DNA of 64,000 nucleotides from Raja brachyura. Taxonomy: Eukaryota. Positions 49,701 to 62,639 of the stretch are shown here, piece by piece. The notes beneath the pieces are model-generated. The model saw nothing but the letters and a program-made list of their open reading frames with translations, was not told the DNA's origin and searched no databases. The DNA is taken from the NCBI GenBank assembly GCA_963514005.1, contig OY740794.1:41974001-42038000 (forward strand). The letters are read 5' to 3'. The translations under genes and the position numbers were made by a program. How positions within the stretch are numbered: position 1 is the first letter of the stretch; each line of letters opens with the position of its first letter.

Positions 49701-50570
49701 ATTCTCGTTTTAGGACCTCTTCTCTTTTTTTATCTATGTCATTGGTACCAATATGTACCACAACCTCAGGCTCCTCTCCCTCCCCTTTCAGGATTTCTTG
49801 GACACGTTCAGACACATCCTGGACCCTGGCTCCAGGGAGGAAACTACCATCCGGGTCTCCGGACTGCGTCCACAGAATCGCCAATCTGATCCCCTAACTA
49901 TGGAGTTCCCTATTACTAATGCCCTCCTCTTATTTTCCTTATGCTTCTGAGCATCAGGGCCGGTCTCTGTACCAGAGGCCCAGTCGCTGTTGCTACCCCC
50001 CAGGTAGGCTGTCCACCCCAACAGAACTCAAACTGGAGTACCTATTTTCAAGGTGTAAAGTCACAGGGGTACTCTCTAGCACCTGCCTCTGCCCCTTGCC
50101 CTTCCTAACTGTGACCCACTTGTCTGCCTCCTGTGGTTTTGGAGTGAATACCTCCCTGTAGCTCCTCTCTATGACCTCCTCACTCTCCCTGACAAGACGG
50201 AGGTCATCGAGCTGCTGCTCCAGGTTCCCAACACAGTCCTTCAGAAGCCCCATCTCAACACACCTGGCGCAGATGTGGATGTCTGGAGGGCTATCAGATT
50301 CCTTGACCTCCCACATCTGACATCCACAACAGTACACTGCCCTGGCCTTCATACTCCCCCCTTACACAGGATACAATATCAACACAATACAAAGTACACT
50401 ACAAACTGCTGAAATCTGACTGCCAATCAGCTGCTTACCCTAGTCCACTTCCCACCAATCAGCGGCTTCCTCAAAAAAAACACTTCTCCGAATGGAACGT
50501 TATGGATTTCGGTAAACAAGCCCCGCGCTGGATTTTTAAGCTTACCGGTCGGGTGTCGCTCCTCCCCCTC
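46771..50570 (-). mobile_element. Near full-length CR1 LINE (ORF1 zinc finger + SGNH esterase; ORF2 APE + RT), with stops and an internal deletion at ~47060
   Basis: CCGCQMWEV..CARC, ALVIGNSIVRG, VHIGTNDI, KDGLHLN; NARSIRNK, YRPPNS, GDFN, KSPGPDGLHPRVLKE, NYRPVSLT, GVPLGSVLGP, KFADDTKL; (catagaaa)n tail. Confidence 0.95.
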
Positions 50571-50724
50571 CTTCTCTTCCAACGGCTCCTGTGGGCTTCC
50601 TGTGGGTTTTATTTTGTACATTCAAGTTAAATTCCAAAGTTTTTAATACCCAACCGGGCTATCATGGAACCATTTTTCTCTTGTGATATTAGAACAAACC
50701 TATTAATCTTAATTTGTACCATTA

Positions 50725-51550
50725 ATTCCGGAAGTGGCGGGGCGCTGCCATGCAGCTGCGGCACGCCTGCAGTCCGTCTGTCTTTTCCTTTTTTTTGGTT
50801 TCTTTTGTCTTGCTGGACGTATGTTTTAGTTTATTTTTAGTTGTGTATGTGTGAGGGGGTAGGGAAACTTGTTTTAGTCTCTTCCTTCGGGGGGATACGA
50901 CATTTTCTTTGTCGTATCACCGTCTCCGTCTCCATCTGCGCTGAGGCCTAATCGCAGAGCTCTCGGCCTCCAACTGGGACCGACCCCGAGGCTCCGGAGG
51001 CAGAGCCAGGACTCACCATCGTGATTCTGGCCGACTTCGGGGCTGTGGTGGCCCTGCAGCGGCGGCCCGACTTCGGAGCGTCAGAGGCTTTGACCGCGGG
51101 CCCAGTGGACGACTACATCGGGAGCGCGCAGGGAGCTCGCAAGGCCCAGGTTGGTGATCAATTCTCCGGAGATCCCTCAACAACAGCTTCGTCTGCTGGA
51201 CTGGAGGATGGCAGCTTCATCCGCCCCGGGCTGTGTAGTTTGAACCGACCCATTCGCGGAGCTCGGATTCGGCCGCGGGACTTACCATCACCTGGCGAGG
51301 GGCCTAACATCGAAAGCCTGGATCGCCTCAACGCAGAGGGAGAACAAGGAAGAATGAAATAAGGACTTTAGGACTTTTGCCTTCCGTTACAGTGAGGAGG
51401 TGCCTGGTAGACGCACTGTAGTGGATGTTAAACTGTGTTCATTCAGTGTTCTGTTATTTTATTTTCTGCCATGACTGCAAGGTACGCAATTTCGTTCAAA
51501 CTAAAAGTTTGAATGACAATAAAGGAAACGTTATACTTTATACTTACTTT
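50725..51550 (+). mobile_element. Family B GC-rich non-autonomous element, apparently complete
   Basis: Head ccggaagtggcggggcgctgcc, T- and G-runs, GC-rich body, Rex1-like tail aatttcgttc..gacaataaagg plus (tactt)n; possible TSD taattc. Confidence 0.7.
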
Positions 51551-51724
51551 ATATAATTCACCTTTATTAATTGTGCATCATAGATTTGAATGGTGCTTTT
51601 AATTTTAACCTTTATTTTCACATTTTTCTCTGATTTGACCTCGCTTGTTGATATATTATCATCCTCACTTTCCATTCGCTGCTTTTCATTACCCAAGTCA
51701 ACACACAACCCAAAGCCCCTGATG

Positions 51725-54700
51725 ATTTTATTTTACTTTATTTTATTTTTTTATTTATTAGAAGTAATGTACATTACAGTAATATAAGCCAAAAATAACA
51801 TGATACATTTTGTGTACCACTTCTTGTTTTAAACTTTAAGAAGAAGAAAAATAGAGAAAGTTAGATAAGATAGTAAGTGCGTGAAAATGTGATCAGGATA
51901 AACCCGTAGAAACGTAGAACACGAGAAATAATTTAAAATTAACTAAAGAAAAAGAAAGAGAAAATAGTAAAAAGAAAATATAAGAAAGTAAAATAAGATA
52001 AAAGGGATGTACCTACTTCGTATCTTTACACACCCCTCACCAGGGCCTGAAACTGTTTAATTTCAAAGTTATGTTGCACTCTATGCTTGTAATAAGTCGA
52101 TAAATGGAGACCAAATCTTTTGGAAATGGTCTGATTTGCAAGCTAGGAGGAATCTTATATCTTCAAGGTGTAACATTTCGGACATATTTGAAATCCACAT
52201 TTTTACCGTTGCTGTGGGAGCGTTTTTCCAGAATTTAAGTATGATTTGTTTTGCCATTATTAAGCCATAATTAAGGAAGCTCTTTTGGAATGAAGTCAGC
52301 TCAAAGCTGACTTCCATTGTTCCAAAAATAATCAATTCTGCATTTGGTTTCAGTTTTATTTTAAATAATTTTGTAAAAATTTCAAAGATTTCATTCCAAA
52401 ATTTGGGGATTCTTATGCAAAAAACGAAGGAATGTGCTATATTTGCTTCTTCGGATAGACATTTATCACAAATGGGGGAGACATTTGGAAATAATTTACT
52501 TATTTTAGTTTTTGAATAATATAATCTGTGTAGGGTTTTAAATTGGATTAGAATATGTCTTGCATTGATTAGCAATGTTACAAAATTTTGAGATTTTAAA
52601 AATCAAGTCTGCAATTTATCCCATCAGATAAAGCATAAAAAGAAGTTTAATTTGACACCTAATTTACTTTCATATCTTCAGTATTAAGAAAGTTATGGCC
52701 ATTTTCATACTCGGAAATGAGCATCTTGCTTCCCATTGCCTTTCAATTGACTTAACTCAAAAGCTGTGATCTGGAAAAGTTAAAAGTCCGTAACATTCTT
52801 AAAAATTAAGAGAACTCAATGAAATTTTCAGTTATTATAGATTGAAGCATTCTGAAACAAATATTAAACAATCTTACTTGGATGACCTGAAATTAAAGCA
52901 TATAATTAGTTAGTTATCTAATTGTAGCTAATTACAAAATTCAATGAGTAGATCTAAACATCTATCAATTTCTTAAGAAAAGATAAACTTTTTTAAAATT
53001 GCCTAAGTGTCCAAATAACATTCACACAATAATCCACAATATAACATAATTTTTAAATTTCATTTTCATGAATTTCTGGGCCAAATGGAAGGAATTTAGT
53101 GCTTTATGCCTGTAAATTAATGGCCATTTAAATCAACTAGCGAGTGGGTTTTAGTGGAATGCGGTGGATTGTAACGTTGTGGTTAGCAGTGAAGTCGGGG
53201 GGAAAAATATTGGGGGTTCATACATTTTTTGGGGACCCCATTTCGCAACTTTAAAATATTATTAATGCCTCCCGAAAAACCAACTTTTAATATAAAAATA
53301 AAGTATTTACCTTTTTTTCTCCCCTACGCAAAATGCTTCCGGTTGTCTGCGGTCACGGCTTTTGAAGGTGATTTTTAAATTACTCTAGTTAATAAATAAT
53401 CTAGAGTAATTTAAAAATACCACCATTCATTAAATGTCGGAGCGATTTTTCTTCAGCAACCAAATCGCCCGACATTCATCGATTATCCAGGCCTGTGGAA
53501 AAACGGCACTTTAAGCCCGCCCCCCTCTGCAAGGCGCGAAAGTCGCGCACACGGGGAGCGGCAGAAGTGCAGCGCCGCTAAAGGTAAGTTTTGTAACATA
53601 CCTACATTGATCGAGCATTTGTGCACATATAGCAAGTGTTCATCCCAACTCTCTTTCGAGATTTTTATAGCTAGTTCTTGTTCCCAATCTCTTCTAATTC
53701 TATCAGATGATGGTATTTCTATATTTAGGATGATATTATACAAGTATGATATTAAATTAGTTGAGTCCGCATTTCTATTCATAGCTTCATCTATAGGTTT
53801 GGAGTCAAATTTTGGTATTCTTGTGTATATTTTTTCAAATAATCACGGATTTGAAAAAATTTCAAATATTGATTACTTCTCAGATTGTAATTAAGTTGTA
53901 GTTGTTGGAATGATAAAACAATTCCATTTTCATACATGTCTCCAAATGTTTTAATTCCTATTCTTTCCCAATGTGTAAATGATTTATCAATATTGGAAGG
54001 TTTAAATGACGGATTATTAACTATGGGGAAGAGAAGGGATACATTTCATAATTTAATGGTTAATTTTATTTGTTTCCAAATTCTTATTGGTGAGACAAGG
54101 ATCGCTCCTATATTAAAAGGGGAGCAATCCTCTCTCTCCAACAGGTGAATCACATTTTTGACATTTGCTGCCCAATAATAATACAAAAAATTCTATGGGA
54201 TTTATAGTCCCATATAAAATTTGTGATATCAGAATCCAGTTTTTTTTTTTTTACTTTTTAGGTAAGTATATTGGTATTGATTGGAATAAATATAAAATTT
54301 GTAGTAGGAAGATCATTTTTATAGCATTTGTTCGGCCTATTAAAGACATCGGAAGAGTTTTCCAAAATTTAATCAGGGCATTTAATTTAGTAAGTAGGGG
54401 CATATAGTTTGCATTAAATAAAAAAATATATTTTCTGGTGATTTCGATTCCCAAATACTTAACTTTGTCTGTAGCAATTTTAAAAGCGAATTTTAACATG
54501 TGTGTCGAGTCTTGAGGTTTTATCGTCATAATTTCACTTTTATTCCAATTTATTCTGTACCCTGAAAAGGATCCAAATTCCTCTATTAGATTTAATATAT
54601 TTGGCATACTGATTTGTGATTTTGTAATATACAGAAGTACATCATCTGCGTGTTATTTGAATATTTTGCATTATAACCATGGATATTCGGATGTGTTCTA

Positions 54701-54975
54701 ATGTTTTCAGCTAGAGGTTCTATTACAAGAGCAAATAGCAGAGGTGATAATGAGCATCCCTGTCTATTGCCCCTGGATAATTGAAATTTCGGAGACAACA
54801 TGTTATTAGTTAATATTCTAGCAGTAGGCCTGTCTTATAATAGTTTGAGATAAAATTCTCTCCCATTTGAATTTTTTGTAATACTTTAACGAGGTAGTCC
54901 CATACCACTTGATCTAATGCTTTTTCTGCGTCCAATTAAATAATTGATAAGTCTTGTTCTTGTTTTTCTGTAAAC
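51725..54975 (-). mobile_element. L1 LINE, 3' part of ORF2 (RT to C-terminal zinc knuckle) with poly-A
   Basis: RGNRQGCSLSPLLFALVIEPLA, FGSFSGYRINWNKSE, KYLGI, CDKC..NIAHSFVFC, WSPFIDLLQA*. Confidence 0.93.
52570..53604. mobile_element. Non-autonomous DNA transposon with 16-bp imperfect TIRs and 7-bp TSD, inserted in L1
   Basis: TIRs tagcaatgttacaaaa and taggtatgttacaaaa; TSD cattgat at 52563-52569 and 53605-53611. Removing it restores HKCSINARHIL. Confidence 0.85.
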
Positions 54976-55519
54976 ATTTATTTTCCTTTAAACATATATC
55001 TCCACACATTTAAACCCACCAATGTCAACTTTGGTTGAATGCTCTAAAAATTATTGACTCAGCGCTACTAAGGTCCGAGGCTGGCTTCAGTGTAGCCTCA
55101 TTCATGACCAGTCTTCCCTGACCCCAGCACTCATACCATTGTCCCATGTATCAAAATCCCTCTGTCAGACACAATTCTTTAAGTCACCTGTTCAATCCCC
55201 TGAGCTGTATGTCTCTCTGTCAATTTCCAGGTGGTGTAAATAATAATCTACCCCATGATATCCTATGGATTAGCTTCAATTTTGTGCCTCTTGATCGACA
55301 GTTTTGATTTAGGTGCTAACCTAGTATCCTAACCTACAGCACCATTCTGTCAGCTTTATATTTTGCCAGCTCCAAAGCTGGACATAGAAGAGTACAATTA
55401 ATGTTTTGAACCAAGTTTTGTATTTAAATAGAACATGGAACAACTCAGGCACACTCCCTTCAGCCCAATATCTCTGTGCTGAACATGATGCCAGGTTAAA
55501 CTAGCTGCACATGATTCAT

Positions 55520-55790
55520 GTCATAAGGTCATAAGGTCATAAGTGATACGAACAGAATTAGGGCATTTGGCCCATCAAGTCTACTCCGCCATTCAATCAT
55601 GGCTGATCTATCCATTGACTTGGCCTCCACAGCCTACTGTGACAAAGAATTCCCAGATTTACCACCATGTGACTAAAGAAAATCCTTCACATCTCCTTCC
55701 TAACGGAACATCCTTTAATTCTGAGGCTATGACCTCAAGTCCTTCTTTCACAAGTTGAAACATCCTCTCTATCCAAGCCAATCCTTGTAA
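55520..55790 (-). mobile_element. CR1 3' fragment
   Basis: (gtcataag)n tail; homologous to 29430-29780. Confidence 0.75.
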
Positions 55791-56284
55791 TATCCCTCCG
55801 ACCCTGCATATTCATGTGCCTATCCAAATGCATCTTAAATGCCACTATTGTATCTGTTTCCACCACCAGCTCTGGCAGCACTTTCCAGGCAAGCTGTTAC
55901 TATATATAGATTTAAGTGGTTTATATAAAAATAATGGCCTCTGTGCAATTCAACCTAGCTGAAATGATGCTGTGAACAGATCCACTAGTAATGTAAAATA
56001 TGATTCCGTAACGTTTCATATAGACATTAGGGAACTTAATGCCAGCCCAGAGAAATTAAAAATAGGTGGGATTGCCGAAGCTAGTTTTAAGGATGGTCTT
56101 TAAGAAAAAGAACTAGTTCAAAACAAAAATATTAAGCAGCAGGTGAAGATTAGGTTCATAATGATGGAATAAAGAGGAGGCAATGTAAGTTGGAATGGGC
56201 TAGACTGAGAGAAATGACATGCTTATGGTTGGGGATGAGGCTGGAGGAGACACCAATGAATACTCTCAATTAATATTCCCTTGA

Positions 56285-56628
56285 ACTTCCCCAGGTGTAC
56301 AGTACAGAGCATATTGTTTGGTTGCTTCTAAGCCTGGTTCAGCAACTCAAACACCCAAGAACGAAGAAGATTGCAAAAAGTGGTTAACACTGCCCAGTTC
56401 CTCATGGGCATTGACCTCCCACCATCGAAGGGATCTCCAAGAGTTGCAGTCTCAAAAAAGGCAGCCAGCATCATCAGAGACCTCCACCACGCAGGCCACG
56501 TTTCCATTTCACTTCTGCCACAGGAGCCTGAAAACTATAAAGCCAGGTTCAGGAACAGCATCTTCCCCACAACCATCAGGGTATTAAACACTACAACCTC
56601 AAAGTAAGCTTTGAATTACATAGAACTG
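56285..56628 (+). mobile_element. Rex1-type LINE 3' fragment
   Basis: QKVVNTAQ..KKAASIIRDLHHAGH..RFRNSIFPTTIRVLN. Confidence 0.75.
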
Positions 56629-56811
56629 NNNNNNNNNNNNNNNNNNNNNNNNNNNNNNNNNNNNNNNNNNNNNNNNNNNNNNNNNNNNNNNNNNNNNNNN
56701 NNNNNNNNNNNNNNNNNNNNNNNNNNNNNNNNNNNNNNNNNNNNNNNNNNNNNNNNNNNNNNNNNNNNNNNNNNNNNNNNNNNNNNNNNNNNNNNNNNNN
56801 NNNNNNNNNNN
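56629..56811. other. Assembly gap (N run)
   Basis: 183 N bases. Confidence 1.
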
Positions 56812-57250
56812 CAATAAATAATAGACATCGCACTGTTAACACTTGACCACCAAAATTCTGAGAATACACATGTCATGGAAAAATTTAAATTGGAAGACAG
56901 GTCTTTAACTTTTTATGCCACTGCAAAGTAATTTCATAGGCATGAAGATAATCACCTAATCACCGTCTCACATCCATCCATCCATCAATGTCATGAATTC
57001 ATCAACTGGTGATGATAAGTAAATGGGGTTTAATGCAGAATATATCACAGGTAGAGGCCTTTTGAGGGAGTTGGATTCTATACAGAATGGAAAATATTTA
57101 GAAGAGAATTGGAAAAACTGAATCAAGGGTCATGGAGGATTTTAGCAATTAACACATTGTAGAATAGAGCTGTTTTATATTTGAAATTGTACTAACATAA
57201 TTGATGGCGCACAAAAAAGTCTAAGGTGATTTAAAATTCAACGCAGTTTA

Positions 57251-57420
57251 AAGGGGCTGTCTCACTTGGGCGACCTAATTGGCGGGTTTAGAAGAGTTTG
57301 AAAAAATGTCGTTGAAAACCTCCTTTGACTATGTAGAAGACCTCCTTTGACCTCCTTCTACTATGTTGAAGACCAGCTATGACTAGCTATGACTAACCTC
57401 GGGAAAATTGGACACCGAAT
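57251..57420 (+). mobile_element. Partial Harbinger-type MITE (one terminus)
   Basis: taa followed by aggggctgtctcact, like the TIR at 22033. Confidence 0.55.
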
Positions 57421-58454
57421 AGGTCTACTCCGACATTCAAACATGGCTGATCTATCTCTCCATCCTAACCCCATTCTCCTGCCTTCTACCCATAACCCCT
57501 GACACCTGTACTAATGAAGAATCAATCTATTTCTACCTTAAAAATATCCTTTAGTTTGTTTATATCTATAATGGTTTTGTTGATGATATTATAAGGAACG
57601 GATATTGGGTCTGAGAGAGTGCACATTCAGTTAATGAGAATAAAGATCATATAGAGTATGTTGTTGAAAATTCTCTGCATTTTAAATCATTTTTCAGAGC
57701 TTTACTTGCATCGGATTATGCATTTATACTACTAAGCTCCTGGAGATTTGCTGTTGCAATGAGTGCACACGGCTTTTTCACACTCAGCATCTGGGTTTTA
57801 AAAATTCAGTCCAGATTAAAGGGATATTAAAATATTTGACTGCACAAGTTGATGGTGCGTGTGCAAGTAATTCTTTGTGAATGTTGATTCCTACCAGAAA
57901 ACATTGTCCTTTTGATAATGTAACAGAGAAGATGAATGGAACTTGGGATTGGTATGGTTTATGGAACATGAAATGTAGAAAAGTGCAGCACAGAAACAGG
58001 CCCTTCAGCCCATAATGTCTGCGCTGAACATGATGCCAAGATAGACTAATCTCATCTGACTGCACATGATCCAGTGCCTGCACATATCTAGTTTAAGTGC
58101 ATAATGACTTTCAAAACTCCTTTGGTATAGCATTTTATAATAAATCTGAGAAAAATTGAATAAAAAGATGAGGTGGCTGGTTGTTTTTCACATTGATTGT
58201 CCTTGATCGGAACTGCTCTTTTTAGTATATAAATGATCAGGAATTGTGCACATGAAGCATGAATTACATAAATATACTAGACTAAGTGGGACCCGTTGGG
58301 TCCCATGTTCACACAAGAGGGCTGGTCCCCCAAAGCAATATTCCACCTCTCCACCAATTTCAATATTGTGGCCAGTGGGGGGGTGTATTTCTGGTGTGCT
58401 AGTATGGGCGTTGTGGGCTGAAGGGACCGGTTTCCAGATGGCTAGTATGGACAT

Positions 58455-58768
58455 TGTGGGCTGGCAGTTTGGTCACTTAGGCCTGGTGGGCTGGCAGCTC
58501 AGCCACTCAGGCATGGTAGGCTGGCAGCTCAGTGACTCAGGCCTGGTGGGCTGACAGCTCAGTCACTCAGGGCTGGTGGGCTGACAGCTCAGTCACTCAG
58601 CGATGGTGGGCTGGTAGCTCAGTCACTCATGGCTGGTGGCTTGGCAGCTCAGTCACTCAGGGCTGGTGAGCTGGCAGCTCAGTCATTCAGGGCTGGTGAG
58701 CTGGCAGCTCAGTCACTCAGGGCTGGTCGGCTGGCAGAACAGTCAATCAGGGCTGGTGGGCTGGCAGT
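58455..58768. repeat. 30-bp minisatellite (ggctggtgggctggcagctcagtcactcag)n, about 10 copies
   Basis: Direct inspection. Confidence 0.92.
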
Positions 58769-58789
58769 TCGCTCACAGCTACTCCTTGA

Positions 58790-59818
58790 AATTCCATTTC
58801 AAGCAGAGTGCAGGCCACCAAATTAAATTTCATAGCATTTCAAGCAGAGTGCTGGCACCAAATTCAATTTCATAGCATTGCAAGCAGAGTGCAGGCCACC
58901 AAATTCAGTTTCATACCATTTCAAACAGAGTGCAGGCCACCAAATTCAATTTAATAGCATTTCAAGCAGAGTGCAGGCCACCAAATTCAGTTTTATAGCA
59001 TTCCACGAAGAGTGCAGGCCACCAAATTCCATTTCATACCATTTCAAGTAGAGTGCACGCCATCTAATCAATTCAATTCCATTGCATTTCAAGCAGAGTG
59101 CAGGCCACCAAATTAAATTGCATAGCATTTCAATCAGAGTGCAGGCCACCAAATTCAATTTCATAGCATTTCAAGCAGTGAAGGCCACAAAATTCAATTC
59201 CATTGTATTGCAAGCAGAGTGCAGGCCACCAAATTCAATAGCATAGCATTTCAAGCAGAGTACAGGCCACCAAATTCAGTTTTGTAGCATTCCACGAAGA
59301 GTGCAGGCCACCAGATTCCATTTCATACCATTTCAAGTAGAGTGCACGCCATCAAATTAATTCAATTCCATTGCATTTCAAGCAGAGTGCAGGCCACCAA
59401 ATTAAATTGCATAGCATTTCAATCAGAGTGCAGGCCACCATATTCAATTCCATAGCACTTCAAGCAGAGTGCAGGCCTGCAAATTCAATTCCATAGCATT
59501 TCAAGCAGAGTGCAAGCCACAAAATTCAATTCCATAGCATTTCAACCAGAGTGTAGGCCACCAAAATCAATTTCATAGCATTTCAAGCAGAGTGCAGGCC
59601 ACCAAATTCCGTTTCATAGCATTTCAAGCAGAGTGCAGGTAACCAAATTCAGTTTCATAGCATTTTAAGCAAAGTGCAGGCCACCAACTTCAATTCCACA
59701 GCATTTCAAGCAGAGTGGCGGCCACCAAATTCATTTTCATAGCATTTTCACAGCTTTTTTAAATGTGCTATATAAATAAAAGTGACTTGACTTGACTTGA
59801 TTTCAAGCAGAGTGCAGT
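58790..59818. repeat. ~41-bp satellite (atttcaagcagagtgcaggccaccaaattcaatttcatagc)n, more than 20 copies
   Basis: Direct inspection; interrupted at ~59747-59800 by a short L2-like tail (tgctatataaataaa plus (acttg)n). Confidence 0.93.
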
Positions 59819-60597
59819 GCAACAAATTGCCACACAACTCATTGCATTTCTCACAGCTTAGAATCACAGTTGTGGACTCTCCCTCGTGTTCTTCCAGAGT
59901 GACTGACTCACGTCCAGTCATCCGGGGTTTTATAGCCCTGATATCATAAATATTCAGGATAATAACGTACTTTAGGTGGGTCATAGAATGGTAAAATGGG
60001 CAGAAACATGGCAGATGAAATAGGATGTAGAAAAGTATGAAGCATGATTTGATTCATCTTGCTGGGCAAAAATGAATAGGGGCAATATGAGTTAAATGGT
60101 TTTATTAAGGGGGGTGCAAGTCCAAGACATACATACAATACATGTACTAGTCTTTGATGAGTTAAAAAGTTGTTCAAACGGTATACCAGACTCTGCTTTA
60201 AAATAGTGGCACAGACCCAGAAAAACCTGAAAAATTGGAGGAGTTGTACTTTTGACTGCAGTGGAGCAATTTTATGTCTATTTCCAGTGCCTTAACAGTC
60301 ATCAAGAACCTTGAATTTTTTTTAGCAGTGGGATTTTGTTCTCATTTTTTAAATGTACTGAATCTTTTCCAAACAGTCATGCCCCATTCATGATTCATCA
60401 ACAATGCACTTTCAACCTTATTTCTTATTTGCTTACAGAAGAACGAGGCAGTTATTTTATGAATCCCTGTTTCCCATTAATCCATTTTATTTAACGTTTC
60501 AATATTTAGCCCTCATTGAGATATCTGATTTAATCAAGAATAACCTCACACACATACCTGGACTACTTTGCCCCATGATGTTCAGGGTCACAGTCAT

Positions 60598-60680
60598 TGG
60601 GACCTGACCCCAAAACGTCACCCATCCTCTGTTTCCAGAGATGCTGCCTGACCCGCTACGTTACTCCAGCACAGTGTGTC
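60598..60680 (+). mobile_element. Penelope-derived fragment
   Basis: gaccccaaaacgtcacc..gatgctgcctgacccgct. Confidence 0.7.
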
Positions 60681-60684
60681 TCTC

Positions 60685-60975
60685 TCAACTCCTTAGCCTT
60701 AGCCAAAACCAAACAACAGATGGCACAAGGACACCACCTGCCTTATACTACCTGGAAAGCCCTAAACCACCGCCGCACTGGAGTGGGAGGTTGTGGACTC
60801 AACCTGAAGAAGTGGGGCTTCTCTAACTCTGACAAGTGCAACTGTGGAGAGGTACAGACATTGGCCGACCTACTGACTTGCTGCAATGAAGCATGCACTG
60901 CGGACGATCTCCGCAGTGGTACAGATGTTGCACTAGCTGTGGCAAAGTGATGGCAGAATGTTTTCTGACACGTGA
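60685..60975 (+). mobile_element. Ingi/Vingi-like LINE C-terminal fragment
   Basis: LPYTTWKALNHRRTGVGGCGLNLKKWGFSNSDKCNCGEVQTLADLLTC..CTADDL. Confidence 0.7.
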
Positions 60976-62639
60976 GCGAGCGAGAGCCTCAGGTTCATTC
61001 CAGTCTGCTGCTATTAATGTCTCTCGCATCTCTCAGCTTTGTTGCTCATTTCTGCATTTGAGGAAATTGCCAAAATCTCATTCGAAGGAGAGAAGGCTTC
61101 ATTGAAATTTCCTTCTGTCCATAGGCATTTGTCTGCATTACCGGTTTCTGAAATGTACAGGCAGTTATAAACTGCCCAAAGTCCTTGCAGAGACCCCTCT
61201 CCAGCCAGTAACGGGACAGAGATTGGATGAGAGTGTGAAAATCTTGAATGCTCTTTATGGAGCAGGAAGCAAAAAAACATTGCTGGTGGCAGAATAGTTA
61301 GTAACCACAAATTTAATGCAATTGGCAAAAGAACCACAGGGGTGACATGAAGCTATAAATATTTAGGGAGCAAGTTGTGACCTGGAAAGCAGTCTGAAAA
61401 ACATGTGAGAGTAGTTTCATTAAACCTTTCAAAAGGCAATTTGATAAACACTTGGAAGGGAAAAGATATATCATTGGATTGTGGGAGACGAGTAAGGGAA
61501 TTGGTCAATTGTGTTACCTCCTGATGTGGCAAATGGCCCATTATTCATGCCATTCCATTATATGGTTTTAATTCTGTTAACAGCCAGCCTTTGTGCAGTG
61601 GCATTTATTTGTATACCACACAAGCTCATTTCAATTCCTAGTAGATATCGTTTGTTCTTTCCTTGTTTCACAATATTTAAGTCAAGTGCATAGGAATTCA
61701 ACCCCATTTGGAGGCAGCAACAGCTTTCGAGGCAAAGTACAATGCATTCTTATTACTGCACATTGCCTTTTGTGCTATTGACTGCAAATTAAACAGACCT
61801 GATTTTTCTTTCTCAATTTCTAACCTATCTGATTTTTTTGCATTACAAATTGGTAACTGCAGTGACAGAATTGTGTGCTATCTTTTTCTCCCTATGTCTC
61901 CTTATATACCAGGTAGCATTTCAAAAGAGAATACCCAGTGATAAATGTGTTATCAGTTACATTTCTTATATCTCACCATGCTTGTTATTTTCCTTTTCTT
62001 TTAGTATGGACTCCTATGGGTAAAGATATGAGACAATCAGGTCACGTATACTAAAAGTGCTTAATTGTGAAACTTTCTTCTTTCCTATATTTGACTTGGT
62101 GAATGAAAAAGCTATTCCATTGTTAACTGTTCATTGGCAACTAGGGGAGGTTATTTGGACTATAAAAATAATAAGATAAAACAATAAATGTCTGAAATCA
62201 AAAAGAAAACATTGAATTCATAAAATGCTCAGCAGATCAATTGGAGAGCCCAGAGAGAATAAAGGCGATACCATTATTTCTCTGGATCCTTCACCACATT
62301 AGACTATACAGATGTGGTTGAAGAAATAACTATACATTCACACACATGCCTTCATATGCACAAAATAAATAGCGTGACCTTTAATATCAGCGTGTATGTG
62401 TGGGAAAAGTGTATGTGTGTATATTTGTGAGGGTGCACCTGTCTGTATGTGTGGTAATGTCCACTGTAACTGTACAACCCAACCGTAACTGGAACACTAC
62501 AACCTCCCCTCTACATAGACGGGGGAATTGGTTTTGTCTTGTTGCACTATTATTGTTTGTTTTTATATGTATGTACCTATGTGTGTATATATATATATAT
62601 ATACTAGACTAGACTAAACTAAGTGGGACCCGTTGGGCA

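Larger units (their letters stand above)
58277..59940 (-). mobile_element. Non-autonomous Helitron-like element carrying two satellite arrays
   Basis: Minus-strand 3' end: hairpin gggaccc-aac-gggtccc, then acttagt-CTAG, then T. Right part is homologous to 63530-63625. Confidence 0.75.

Noticed and set aside
56591-56876. ORFs spanning the N run
   Set aside because: Artefacts of the assembly gap.
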